Shown one piece after another: positions 11,116 to 19,825 of a stretch of 64,000 nt of DNA; positions within the stretch are counted from its first letter, which is position 1, and each line of letters opens with the position of its first letter. Made by a program: the position numbers and the translations under genes. Below the pieces are notes generated by a model. That model saw nothing but the letters and a program-made list of their open reading frames with translations. It did not search any database and was not told the DNA's origin. The DNA lies in the NCBI RefSeq assembly GCF_988243305.1, contig NZ_OZ547136.1; one strand, written 5' to 3'.

Positions 11116-12009
11116 TCACCTGAGAGCATTCAGCAGATGAATACGAAAGTTACGCGCAGCCGGACTTTGTTCATGGTGTTTCGGCCAGACCAACCACATT
11201 TCAGAAACCGCATCCTCTTCAGCAATCGGCACCCAGCGCATTTCGTTGAGCTGAACACGTTTAAATGACGCAGGCAAAATTGAAACACCCAGACCAGCGG
11301 AAACCAGACCGATGATGGTCATTGCCTCACCCACCTCCTGAGTGATGACGGGCGTCAAATTGTAACGTCGCATCAGCCCGAGAATATCGTCATACAGCCC
11401 TGTCCCTACGTGCGGATCAAAAAAGACAAAGGGTTCTTTCGCCAGTTCAGCCAGCGTTACACTCGGATTATTTGCCAGGGGATGATCGTGCGGGATCATC
11501 GCCATAAGCGGTTCATGGACGATGACTGCGTGTTCAAGCGTCTCCGGTAACGCTGTGTTACGCAGCAATCCCATATCCAGCGTTCCTTCAATGAGCGGAG
11601 CGATTTGCTCGCGAGTGTTCATTTCGCGGGTTTGTAAATGGACATCGGGATAATCACGGCGAAACAGCGATAACGTATCGGACACCGCCCGAATAAAAGG
11701 AGCGGACGAAGTAAAACCAATGCGCAACTCCCCCGCTTCACCCTGATGCAGTCTTTCAGCGCGAGCGGCAGCGTCATCCACCATAGACAGGATTTGCCGA
11801 CTATCTGCAAGAAACTGTTTTCCTGCTGCCGTCAGCAATACACTGCGATTAGTTCGTGCCAGCAGTCGGGCACCAATTTGTTGCTCCAGCGCCTGAATCT
11901 GCTGACTTAGCGGCGGTTGCGAAATATTCAGGCGGGCAGCGGCGCGCCCGAAATGCAGCTCTTCTGCAACAGCAACAAAGTAACGCAGATGACGAAGTTC
12001 AATATTCAT
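11116..12009 (-). CDS. ynfL: LysR-family transcriptional regulator
   Basis: 297-aa ORF with N-terminal HTH MNIELRHLRYFVAVAEELHFGRAA, divergent from ynfM as in K-12. Confidence 0.94.
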   Translation of the reverse strand: MNIELRHLRYFVAVAEELHFGRAAARLNISQPPLSQQIQALEQQIGARLLARTNRSVLLTAAGKQFLADSRQILSMVDDAAARAERLHQGEAGELRIGFTSSAPFIRAVSDTLSLFRRDYPDVHLQTREMNTREQIAPLIEGTLDMGLLRNTALPETLEHAVIVHEPLMAMIPHDHPLANNPSVTLAELAKEPFVFFDPHVGTGLYDDILGLMRRYNLTPVITQEVGEAMTIIGLVSAGLGVSILPASFKRVQLNEMRWVPIAEEDAVSEMWLVWPKHHEQSPAARNFRIHLLNALR

Positions 12010-12115
12010 ATTTAAAACATCTTATTTGAGATTATTAATATATTAGACAGAACAATTCGATTTTCCTAATCTATTCATAAGCCTGATCCACAGGCATATT
12101 TAGCAAGGATTTCAA

Positions 12116-13369
12116 GTGAGCCGTACTACAACTGTTGATGGCGCTCCGGCAAGCGACACTGACAAGCAAAGCATTTCTCAGCCAAATCAATTTATTAAAC
12201 GCGGTACGCCGCAATTTATGCGCGTCACCCTGGCGCTGTTCTCTGCCGGACTGGCAACCTTCGCACTTCTCTATTGTGTGCAACCTATCCTTCCGGTGCT
12301 TTCGCAGGAGTTTGGCTTAACGCCCGCGAACAGTAGTATTTCACTGTCCATTTCCACGGCGATGTTGGCTATCGGTTTGCTGTTTACTGGCCCGTTATCC
12401 GATGCCATTGGTCGCAAACCAGTGATGGTCACGGCGCTACTGTTGGCCTCCATTTGTACGTTACTTTCGACAATGATGACCAGCTGGCACGGCATTTTGA
12501 TTATGCGCGCCTTGATTGGGCTTTCGTTAAGTGGCGTAGCAGCTGTTGGCATGACTTATCTTAGCGAGGAAATCCACCCCAGTTTCGTGGCCTTTTCGAT
12601 GGGATTGTATATCAGCGGCAACTCAATTGGCGGCATGAGCGGACGCTTAATTAGCGGTGTCTTCACGGACTTTTTCAACTGGCGAATTGCGCTGGCGGCA
12701 ATCGGTTGTTTCGCGCTGGCCTCGGCGTTAATGTTCTGGAAAATCCTCCCTGAATCACGCCATTTTCGCCCGACTTCGCTGCGACCTAAGACGTTGTTTA
12801 TCAACTTTCGTCTGCACTGGCGTGACCGGGGATTACCGTTATTGTTCGCAGAAGGCTTTTTGCTGATGGGGTCGTTCGTCACGCTGTTTAATTACATCGG
12901 CTATCGGTTGATGCTCTCCCCCTGGCATGTCAGCCAGGCCGTGGTTGGCTTATTATCGCTGGCTTATTTGACCGGTACATGGAGCTCACCCAAAGCCGGA
13001 ACCATGACCACCCGCTATGGGCGCGGTCCGGTGATGTTGTTTTCGACGGGGGTTATGCTGTTTGGTTTACTGATGACCTTATTTAGCTCGCTGTGGCTGA
13101 TCTTTGCCGGAATGTTACTCTTCTCAGCCGGATTCTTCGCAGCCCACTCAGTAGCCAGCAGCTGGATCGGCCCCCGCGCAAAACGCGCTAAAGGCCAGGC
13201 CTCCTCGCTGTATCTGTTCAGTTACTATCTGGGGTCGAGTATTGCCGGGACGCTGGGTGGTGTTTTCTGGCATAACTATGGCTGGAACGGCGTCGGCACA
13301 TTTATTGCTCTGATGCTGGTCATTGCTCTGCTGGTCGGGACGCGTTTGCATCGTCGTCTGCACGCCTGA
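12116..13369 (+). CDS. ynfM: MFS transporter YnfM
   Basis: 417-aa polytopic ORF with a GTG start; recognised as the YnfM sequence. Confidence 0.94.
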   Translation: MSRTTTVDGAPASDTDKQSISQPNQFIKRGTPQFMRVTLALFSAGLATFALLYCVQPILPVLSQEFGLTPANSSISLSISTAMLAIGLLFTGPLSDAIGRKPVMVTALLLASICTLLSTMMTSWHGILIMRALIGLSLSGVAAVGMTYLSEEIHPSFVAFSMGLYISGNSIGGMSGRLISGVFTDFFNWRIALAAIGCFALASALMFWKILPESRHFRPTSLRPKTLFINFRLHWRDRGLPLLFAEGFLLMGSFVTLFNYIGYRLMLSPWHVSQAVVGLLSLAYLTGTWSSPKAGTMTTRYGRGPVMLFSTGVMLFGLLMTLFSSLWLIFAGMLLFSAGFFAAHSVASSWIGPRAKRAKGQASSLYLFSYYLGSSIAGTLGGVFWHNYGWNGVGTFIALMLVIALLVGTRLHRRLHA

Positions 13370-13371
13370 AA

Positions 13372-13411
13372 AATAAGTCCGGACTGCGGTAAATACCCAT
13401 CCGGACTTATT
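13372..13411 (+). terminator. Hairpin downstream of ynfM (12-bp stem AATAAGTCCGGA/TCCGGACTTATT)
   Basis: A perfect inverted repeat sits 3 nt after the ynfM stop. There is no strong T-run, so terminator function is uncertain. Confidence 0.45.
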
Positions 13412-13792
13412 GCCTGCTCAAACCAACGTTAATAGCCATCCTAAAATAGACGAAGCGCCAGCCAATTCCCGCAGCGCATCTAGTGTCATCAGGATTATAA
13501 GTACCCAAATAAACGGATTCATTTTGCTGTGTGTCATTTATTACTGATGCGCAGTTATTCTACCGCTTTGTAAGTAGTAAAATAGTTAACCCGATCAAGA
13601 CTACTATTATTGGTAGCTAAATTTCCCTTAAGTCACAATACGTTATTATCAACGCTGTAATTTATTCAGCGTTTGTACATATCGTTACACGCTGAAACCA
13701 ACCACTCACGGAAGTCTGCCATTCCCAGGGATATAGTTATTTCAACGGCCCCGCAGTGGGGTTAAATGAAAAAACAAATTGAGGGTATGACA

Positions 13793-14101
13793 ATGAAAAA
13801 AGTATTAGCTCTGGTTGTTGCCGCTGCTATGGGTCTGTCTTCTGCTGCCTTTGCTGCAGAGACTGCGACCACACCTGCTCCGACTGCGACGACCACCAAA
13901 GCAGCGCCGGCGAAAACCACACATCATAAAAAACAGCATAAAGCAGCACCTGCCCAGAAAGCGCAGGCGGCTAAAAAGCATCATAAAAATGCCAAAGCTG
14001 AACAGAAAGCTCCTGAACAAAAAGCGCAGGCAGCGAAGAAACACGCCAAGAAACACAGCCATCAGCAACCGGCAAAACCTGCTGCACAACCCGCAGCGTA
14101 A
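13793..14101 (+). CDS. asr: Acid shock periplasmic protein Asr
   Basis: [21 protein letters not shown] signal peptide followed by a Lys/His/Ala/Gln-rich low-complexity repeat ([12 protein letters not shown]). The start is taken at the K-12 Met inside the 13766 ORF. Confidence 0.93.
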   Translation: MKKVLALVVAAAMGLSSAAFAAETATTPAPTATTTKAAPAKTTHHKKQHKAAPAQKAQAAKKHHKNAKAEQKAPEQKAQAAKKHAKKHSHQQPAKPAAQPAA

Positions 14102-14193
14102 GTTATCAATAGTAATGCTGGCGCGCCCCCTCGCGCCTGAAAATTACGGTGCTAAGCGGATAACGTTTAGCACCGCCTTTAGCGGAGGGTAGT

Positions 14194-14277
14194 ATGGTGG
14201 GCCGTTATCGCTTTGAGTTCATTCTTATCATCCTTATTTTATGCGCACTGATTGCCGCCCGTTTTTATCTTTCCTGA
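14194..14277 (+). CDS. ydgU: Small membrane protein YdgU (27 aa)
   Basis: ATG GTG GGC CGT TAT... encodes MVGRYRFEFILIILILCALIAARFYLS*. It is below the ORF-track cutoff and was read directly from the sequence; it matches the K-12 small protein at this position. Confidence 0.7.
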   Translation: MVGRYRFEFILIILILCALIAARFYLS

Positions 14278-14376
14278 TCGTAGTTATCTGATTTTACTCC
14301 CACTTTCATCCCGTCCCGTCTATAGTATTTATGAGGGTTTGCTTTTAATAATCATAATTACCCACCAGAGTGTGAT

Positions 14377-15198
14377 ATGCGTACAACCATTGCTGTAGTG
14401 TTGGGTGCAATTAGTTTGACGTCTGCTTTTGTGTTTGCAGATAAACCAGACGTTGCCAAATCGGCAAACGATGAGGTCAGCACCCTGTTTTTTGGTCATG
14501 ATGATCGTGTGCCAGTGAATGACACGACCCAATCACCGTGGGATGCGGTTGGCCAACTGGAAACGGCCAGCGGCAATTTATGTACGGCGACGCTGATTGC
14601 ACCCAATCTGGCATTAACGGCAGGACACTGTTTATTGACGCCGCCAAAGGGTAAAGCCGATAAAGCGGTAGCGCTGCGTTTCGTGTCAAATAAAGGTCTT
14701 TGGCGCTATGAGATCCACGACATAGAAGGCCGCGTTGATCCGACACTGGGAAAGCGGTTAAAAGCAGATGGGGATGGTTGGATTGTTCCTCCCGCAGCTG
14801 CGCCGTGGGACTTCGGTTTGATTGTGCTACGTAATCCCCCTTCTGGCATTACACCGTTGCCGTTATTTGAGGGAGATAAAGCCGCGCTTACCGCCGCATT
14901 AAAATCGGCTGGCCGTAAAGTGACTCAGGCAGGATACCCTGAAGATCATCTCGATACGTTGTACAGTCATCAAAACTGTGAAGTGACTGGCTGGGCGCAA
15001 ACGTCGGTGATGTCACATCAGTGCGATACCTTGCCGGGTGACAGCGGTTCGCCTCTGATGTTGCATACCAATGACGGCTGGCAATTAATTGGGGTGCAAA
15101 GTTCGGCTCCTGCCGCGAAAGATCGCTGGCGCGCCGATAACCGGGCCATTTCTGTTACCGGTTTTCGCGACAAGCTGGATCAACTGTCGCAAAAATAA
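14377..15198 (+). CDS. ydgD: Secreted trypsin-like serine protease YdgD
   Basis: 273-aa ORF with signal peptide and catalytic motifs TAGHC and GDSGSP. Confidence 0.94.
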   Translation: MRTTIAVVLGAISLTSAFVFADKPDVAKSANDEVSTLFFGHDDRVPVNDTTQSPWDAVGQLETASGNLCTATLIAPNLALTAGHCLLTPPKGKADKAVALRFVSNKGLWRYEIHDIEGRVDPTLGKRLKADGDGWIVPPAAAPWDFGLIVLRNPPSGITPLPLFEGDKAALTAALKSAGRKVTQAGYPEDHLDTLYSHQNCEVTGWAQTSVMSHQCDTLPGDSGSPLMLHTNDGWQLIGVQSSAPAAKDRWRADNRAISVTGFRDKLDQLSQK

Positions 15199-15205
15199 TG
15201 TTCAA

Positions 15206-15231
15206 ACGCTGCCCGACAGTGCGGGCAGCGT
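15206..15231. terminator. Bidirectional hairpin between convergent ydgD and mdtI
   Basis: ACGCTGCCCG-acagtg-CGGGCAGCGT, a 10-bp GC-rich stem located between the two stop codons. Confidence 0.6.
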
Positions 15232-15236
15232 GTTCA

Positions 15237-15566
15237 TCAGGCAAGTTTCACCATGATCATTCCAGCCAACAGCAAGACCAGGCCAATCCAGCCTTTACGA
15301 TTTAACCGTTGACCAAACAAGATCCAACCTGCGGCTAACGTGGCGGCAATACCAAACCCGCCCCACAATGCATAAGCGACAGACAAGTCGATCCCTTTAA
15401 CGGCCTGAGAAAGCGCACTAAAGGCAGCCAGCACCGCCGCCAGGGAGAGCAAGCCAAATATTTTGCGACGAAAGCCGTCAGAAAATTTCAAAAAAACGTT
15501 AGCAACGATTTCCAGCACGATTGCCAATGCCAGCCAGGCGGCGTGAACCCATTCAAACTGCGCCAT
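15237..15566 (-). CDS. mdtI: SMR-family spermidine exporter subunit MdtI
   Basis: 109-aa four-[37 protein letters not shown]. Confidence 0.95.
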
Positions 15567-15918
15567 GGTTCACCTCCAGTTCAGGTTTACGCGCTTTACG
15601 GGTACCTGATTTGATCAATACAATCCCGGCCACCAGGGTGGTTAACCCGGCAATTTTCATCAGCGATAAACTTTCGTCGAATAACAAAACGCTAAACAAG
15701 GTAATAAATAAAATACCGATACCTTCCCACAGCGCATAAGCCACGCCTAAGGCGATTTTTTTAACGGCGAAAGAGAGAAATATATACGACAGAGAAATCA
15801 TCACCAGCATTAAAATAAAGCCGCCATTTCCCTCACTGACGCTCGCCCATTTCATTGACAGCGTACCGGTAATTTCCGTAGCAATAGCCAGGCCTAATAA
15901 AATCCAATAAATATACAT
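15553..15918 (-). CDS. mdtJ: SMR-family spermidine exporter subunit MdtJ
   Basis: 121-aa [29 protein letters not shown], overlapping the mdtI start by 14 nt. Confidence 0.95.
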
Positions 15919-16329
15919 TGTCCTTCTCCTGCAAGAGAATTATTTTAATTTTCGCTTATTTCAGCGAAACCAAAGTAAAGTGGTCAAGCCCCGCGCATAG
16001 CGCAAGCTTAGGCAGAAGAAAGGACTAAAGCGCGTTGCGCCAGTGCTGCTCACCTACGAGCAAGATAGTGGATGAGGTACGAAGATGGGTAAATGTAGAA
16101 AATAACGTCCTGAACAAATTGTCCATAATATTACAATTATCCGCAGTGTTGCTTCTCGTCATCGCGGATGATAATTGTCCTCGGTAGTTGAACACGCCTG
16201 ATTTGTATCATAGCTTAAGAATTAACTCAAAATATTTTCACTTCTTTACCTGAGCAGTTTGATTTTCGTTATGATGACGGAGCGAAAAAGACATTATTAT
16301 TAGCAAAGGAAGAAAAAACGGGGACAAGC

Positions 16330-16466
16330 ATGGCAAAGCCGATCATCACGCTCAATGGCCTAAAAATCGTCATTATGTTGGGAATGCTGGTCATTATTCT
16401 CTGCGGTATCCGTTTTGCCGCCGAGATCATCGTGCCGTTTATTCTCGCATTATTTATTGCTGTTAT
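16330..16466 (+). pseudogene. tqsA: tqsA (AI-2 exporter) 5' fragment, codons 1-45, truncated by the insertion
   Basis: [45 protein letters not shown] then runs into island DNA (IYNLFHITR*). The rest of the gene resumes in frame at 31788. Confidence 0.95.
16458..16466 (+). repeat. attL core TGCTGTTAT
   Basis: Identical 9-mer at 31787-31795. Joining the flanks restores the tqsA reading frame (..FIAV|[10 protein letters not shown]..). Confidence 0.85.
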
Positions 16467-16540
16467 ATATAACTTATTTCACATAACACGTTGATTTAAT
16501 TAAATAATTTTCACCGCAAAAAGTGCCAAAAATCGCAAAA

Positions 16541-16606
16541 TGACTACACCAGTGACTACACCGTTCGGTGCACTGTATGAAACAACGTGGAACAAATAGA
16601 CACAAG
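16541..16606 (+). repeat. Left arm repeat: TGACTACACC x2 followed by 10-bp-phased AACAA units
   Basis: TGACTACACCAGTGACTACACC is identical to 31637-31658. The downstream AACAACGTGGAACAAATAGACACAAG resembles 31678-31705. Candidate integrase/excisionase arm sites. Confidence 0.7.
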
Positions 16607-16825
16607 AAATATACAGGCGGATCATCTTTCCAGGGGGAAGCGCACCAATTCATGAGGGGCGTTAATGTCGATATGGGGATCCCCACCTACCGGAATTTTT
16701 TTCCGGTTAAACGTTAATCAGGCTGGTGGGCTTTACCTGTTCGGTAGGTGTTATGATTATCGTAATACCTTTCCCCCAATGGGGTAAAAGCATCAACCGT
16801 AACGAAAGTCGTTATGGTTGCCACT

Positions 16826-16899
16826 GATACCCCAAATTTGGGTATCACGAGTAAGACCCAAAATCTGGGTGTTACTCTTACTACCCAAACTACGGGTAG
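16826..16899. repeat. Three tandem inverted-repeat units of the form ACCC-N5-7-GGGT, starting about 26-30 bp apart
   Basis: GATACCC-caaattt-GGGTATC (16826-16846), ACCCA-aaatc-TGGGT (16856-16870) and CTACCC-aaactac-GGGTAG (16881-16899). They lie in non-coding DNA. Confidence 0.6.
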
Positions 16900-16918
16900 T
16901 TTCCGTAGTTTCATGGTC

Positions 16919-16938
16919 GAGTTGCAGATCTGCAACTC
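16919..16938. repeat. Perfect 20-bp palindrome GAGTTGCAGATCTGCAACTC
   Basis: Read directly; the sequence is its own reverse complement. It lies 20 bp from the third inverted-repeat unit. Confidence 0.8.
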
Positions 16939-17231
16939 CCCCATTAACCACAGGCGAATTTCCGCCTTCGGTCATTCCTTAATCATCTGCGTAATCATAA
17001 TGATTATTCAGCAAGCGCAATTTTGCACTTTGCTTAAAGTTCAGCGAGTTACCGCGCCGACTTCCTCAAATTGAGGTTTCCGAAAATATCAGCGGGTTAG
17101 CGATTAAGCTGATCATTAATTAAACTGCGAAAATTTCGTAGTTTGTGACTGTCTTTCAGGCAGCTTGTTAACAGTCCTCAGAAGCGAGGGATGTAGCCAC
17201 CCATTTTTGGTCCGTCGGGAATATCAACCAG

Positions 17232-17513
17232 TTACCGCCGCAACCGCTCCGGCTTCTTCCAGTGGTACGTTATTTTCTCCTTCTCCCGATACATCTCCAC
17301 GCGGCGACGGTAGGCCAGCAACTCAAGAACTCTGGTTCGTATGTTGCGCATATCCACGCCATTAAGTTCTATACCATCACGGCGCATCACCTCAGCAACA
17401 ACACGCGCATAGTTTTCGGCTGTCACGCTGTCCGGCTGCGTGGCCTGTTCGTCAGCCTGCTGGCTGATTCCGGCAACGCGGCGGATTAATCCCGTTATTT
17501 CGGCTTCTGTCAT
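17232..17513 (-). CDS. Hypothetical protein (93 aa), last gene of the packaging operon
   Basis: ORF directly downstream of terL (13-nt gap). It is charged with a basic C-terminus, and I recognise no family. Confidence 0.55.
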   Translation of the reverse strand: MTEAEITGLIRRVAGISQQADEQATQPDSVTAENYARVVAEVMRRDGIELNGVDMRNIRTRVLELLAYRRRVEMYREKEKITYHWKKPERLRR

Positions 17514-17526
17514 GCTGCTGACCTCA

Positions 17527-19188
17527 TTACACCCCGCTAAATTCTTCCAGTTTCTGGCGGTGGCTGTCGCTTATATCAAAAGCAAAATCCTCATGCTCTG
17601 CCTGGAATGTACCAAACGCCATCAGCGCCGCCACGCTCGGGTCTATCTTGTTCGGTGATTTTTTCTTGTTCGGCTTGATATTGGCGTTCGCGTCACTCTG
17701 CATCACGACGTTACTCATCGACCAGGACAACACCGGATCGCCACGATGCACAATCACCCTGCGGTTAACAAAAACTTCGAACGATTTCGCCGCCGGACTG
17801 AATCTGAGGTAGGTTTGCGGGAACGGCTCCACCTCAAAACCTGCCCCCTGTAATTGCGTTCTGAGATGCGTGGCGTTCCACGTATCAAAGCCCACCAGCC
17901 TGATATTAAATTTCTCCGCGTCCTGCATGATGTCATCTCTGATCCGGTCGTAATCAATGCAGTCGCCAGGCGTTGTGCGTATCCAGCCTGCTTTAGCCCA
18001 CTGACGATAGATGGCGCGGTTTTTATTGGCGGGGTTCTGTAGCTGAAATTCCGGCAGATAGTGACGGGAAACCAGCATAATGGTTTTACCGACCGGAAAG
18101 GCATAGCACACGCTGGAAATATCGCTGGTTGATGATAAGTCCAGCCCCGCGTAACACTCCTGGCCGTGTAAATCTTCCTCCGTGAACGTTCCGGCACACT
18201 CAGCCCATGCGCCGTTACCCATCCACGGGGTAGCCCCCAGGCACCAGATATTAAATCGCTTTGTCATCATCTCCACCCACTGCGACGGAATACCCCGCGC
18301 TTTCTGGATGGTTGAGGCCAGTTTTTCACGATCCACGGAAACATCAATATTAGGGTTCGCCTTTATCCACATCGCCGGATCATCAACCTCGTTTTCGTCG
18401 TCCAGTTCGTAAATCAGTACAAAAATTGAATCGTTGACCTCTTCGCCGTCCAGGATCTGGCAGCAATAATCATAGTGCTGCTTACAGGCTGAAACGACGT
18501 TACTGCCTGATGTGGTAATAGCAAATAACAGCCCTTCGGGACGTGCGCCCATCCCCAGCTCAAGCGCGGAATAAACGCCGTTATCGGGGTGCAAGTGGTA
18601 TTCGTCCACGATGGAAAGGCTGGGGTTTGTTCCCTCGATGGTTGCCGCTTTTGCTGCCAGCGGCTTTAACAGGCTGTTGCTTTTCGGGTGTATCACCTTA
18701 TGCGCCTGAATATTCACCCGCCTGCGTAACGGTCGGGATAAAAGGCACATCTGACGCGCATCATCAAAGACGATCCGCGCCTGGTCACGGCTCACCGCTG
18801 CGGTGTAAATATCCTGCTGACCGTTCTCCATAATCAGAAACCAGTTAGCCAGAATCGCGGCGGTCGTGGATTTCGCATTTTTGCGCGGCACTTCGATAAA
18901 GGCGCTCGTGTATTTGCGCCGTCCGGTGGCCTTAACCTTAAAGCCGAGGATGCACGCAAAGGCGAACTGCTGCCACGGCTCCAGCTCAATGGGTCTGCCA
19001 CGCATCGGCCCTTTTACGTGCGGGCACACCCTGGAAAAGGCAATAAACCGCTCCACAACCTCACGATCGAACGTGTAAAGGGGGCTTTCAAGGTCCGAAA
19101 AGTACCGTTTAACGGCCTGTTTCAGCCGTTTACAGGCCGGAATTTTGCCCGTTTTTACGTCTTCTGCGTACTTATTCCAGGCGGTCAA
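17527..19188 (-). CDS. terL: Terminase large subunit
   Basis: 553-aa ORF with Walker-A-like region VPRKNAKST, DEYH Walker B and a C-terminal nuclease-like half. Its position after TerS is typical of Terminase_1-family TerL. Confidence 0.88.
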   Translation of the reverse strand: MTAWNKYAEDVKTGKIPACKRLKQAVKRYFSDLESPLYTFDREVVERFIAFSRVCPHVKGPMRGRPIELEPWQQFAFACILGFKVKATGRRKYTSAFIEVPRKNAKSTTAAILANWFLIMENGQQDIYTAAVSRDQARIVFDDARQMCLLSRPLRRRVNIQAHKVIHPKSNSLLKPLAAKAATIEGTNPSLSIVDEYHLHPDNGVYSALELGMGARPEGLLFAITTSGSNVVSACKQHYDYCCQILDGEEVNDSIFVLIYELDDENEVDDPAMWIKANPNIDVSVDREKLASTIQKARGIPSQWVEMMTKRFNIWCLGATPWMGNGAWAECAGTFTEEDLHGQECYAGLDLSSTSDISSVCYAFPVGKTIMLVSRHYLPEFQLQNPANKNRAIYRQWAKAGWIRTTPGDCIDYDRIRDDIMQDAEKFNIRLVGFDTWNATHLRTQLQGAGFEVEPFPQTYLRFSPAAKSFEVFVNRRVIVHRGDPVLSWSMSNVVMQSDANANIKPNKKKSPNKIDPSVAALMAFGTFQAEHEDFAFDISDSHRQKLEEFSGV

Positions 19189-19528
19189 GCTCGTCCTCTT
19201 CTTCTGTTTCCGGTGGATTTTTACGGCGGCTTATCGGGTCAAAACCGAGCAAGGAGGCCATTTTTATCATCACCCTTTCAGCGTCGGATTTTGCGCTTAA
19301 TGCGGGGTTTCTGCTCTCGCCGCCCTGACTGTTAACAATGCTGAACCCGCGCGCCGCAAGGTCTGCAACGGCTTTCCGGTAAATGGAGTAGTTGACACAA
19401 TACAGTTCCAGATTGCTCCAGTCGGCGGGGGTCAGGTCTCCCCGTTCCGCAAGCTGCCGCGATTTTTCCCGCCACTGCTTCACGGCGATGTCATCCAGGT
19501 AGGCGGGGGCTTTCGGTGGTCTTGCCAT
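19172..19528 (-). CDS. terS: Terminase small subunit, P27 family
   Basis: 118 aa. MARPPKAPAYLDDIAVKQWREKSRQLAERGDLTPADWSNLELYCVNYSIYRKA...GFDPISRRK matches the P27/Terminase_4 pattern. It overlaps terL by 17 nt. Confidence 0.85.
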   Translation of the reverse strand: MARPPKAPAYLDDIAVKQWREKSRQLAERGDLTPADWSNLELYCVNYSIYRKAVADLAARGFSIVNSQGGESRNPALSAKSDAERVMIKMASLLGFDPISRRKNPPETEEEDELDRLE

Positions 19529-19651
19529 ACTTATTTTTTCGCCAGATTATTTTTCAAAAAATTCCCGTGCATAAAAATTTGAGGAGGCGTTCGGTGCCCG
19601 GCGGGGTCGGGTTTGTCCTGAAAACGCCCCCCACCCCGTCATACAGCCTCA
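19529..19651 (-). other. Putative cos region (GC-rich segment with nested inverted repeats between the HNH-side genes and terS)
   Basis: Non-coding 123 bp containing GGCGTTCGGTGCCCGGCGGGGTCGGGTTTGTCCTGAAAACGCCCCCCACCCCG. The HNH / gap / TerS arrangement is that of HK97-like cos phages. The cleavage site itself cannot be read from the sequence. Confidence 0.35.
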
Positions 19652-19825
19652 TCAGCGATTGCGGAAACATTCCATAACCTCGCGGTCACGGTCGGTTAAT
19701 CGCTTCGCTGTGATGCGTTCTGCGCGTCCTGACGCTTTATCTTTATGCCCTGTTTCCTGTGTCTTCCATGCGTCACGCTGCCTTATAAGTCCACGGATAA
19801 GGCGGTTTTGTTCCCGCTCATTCAT
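19652..19825 (-). CDS. Small basic hypothetical protein (57 aa), start overlapping the HNH stop
   Basis: The ATG lies inside GCTGATGAATGA, overlapping the HNH stop (coupled arrangement). Product MNEREQNRLIRGLIRQRDAWKTQETGHKDKASGRAERITAKRLTDRDREVMECFRNR is Arg/Lys-rich. It is the 3' third of the 134-aa track ORF, whose remainder overlaps HNH. Confidence 0.4.
   Translation of the reverse strand: MNEREQNRLIRGLIRQRDAWKTQETGHKDKASGRAERITAKRLTDRDREVMECFRNR

Noticed and set aside
16793-16975. 60-aa ORF (and overlapping 76-, 86- and 70-aa ORFs at 16474-17074) in the island's left arm
   Set aside because: There is no usable RBS spacing (AAGGA abuts the ATG). The peptides simply mirror the DNA inverted repeats, and several mutually overlapping frames are open. 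Treated as non-coding repeat DNA.
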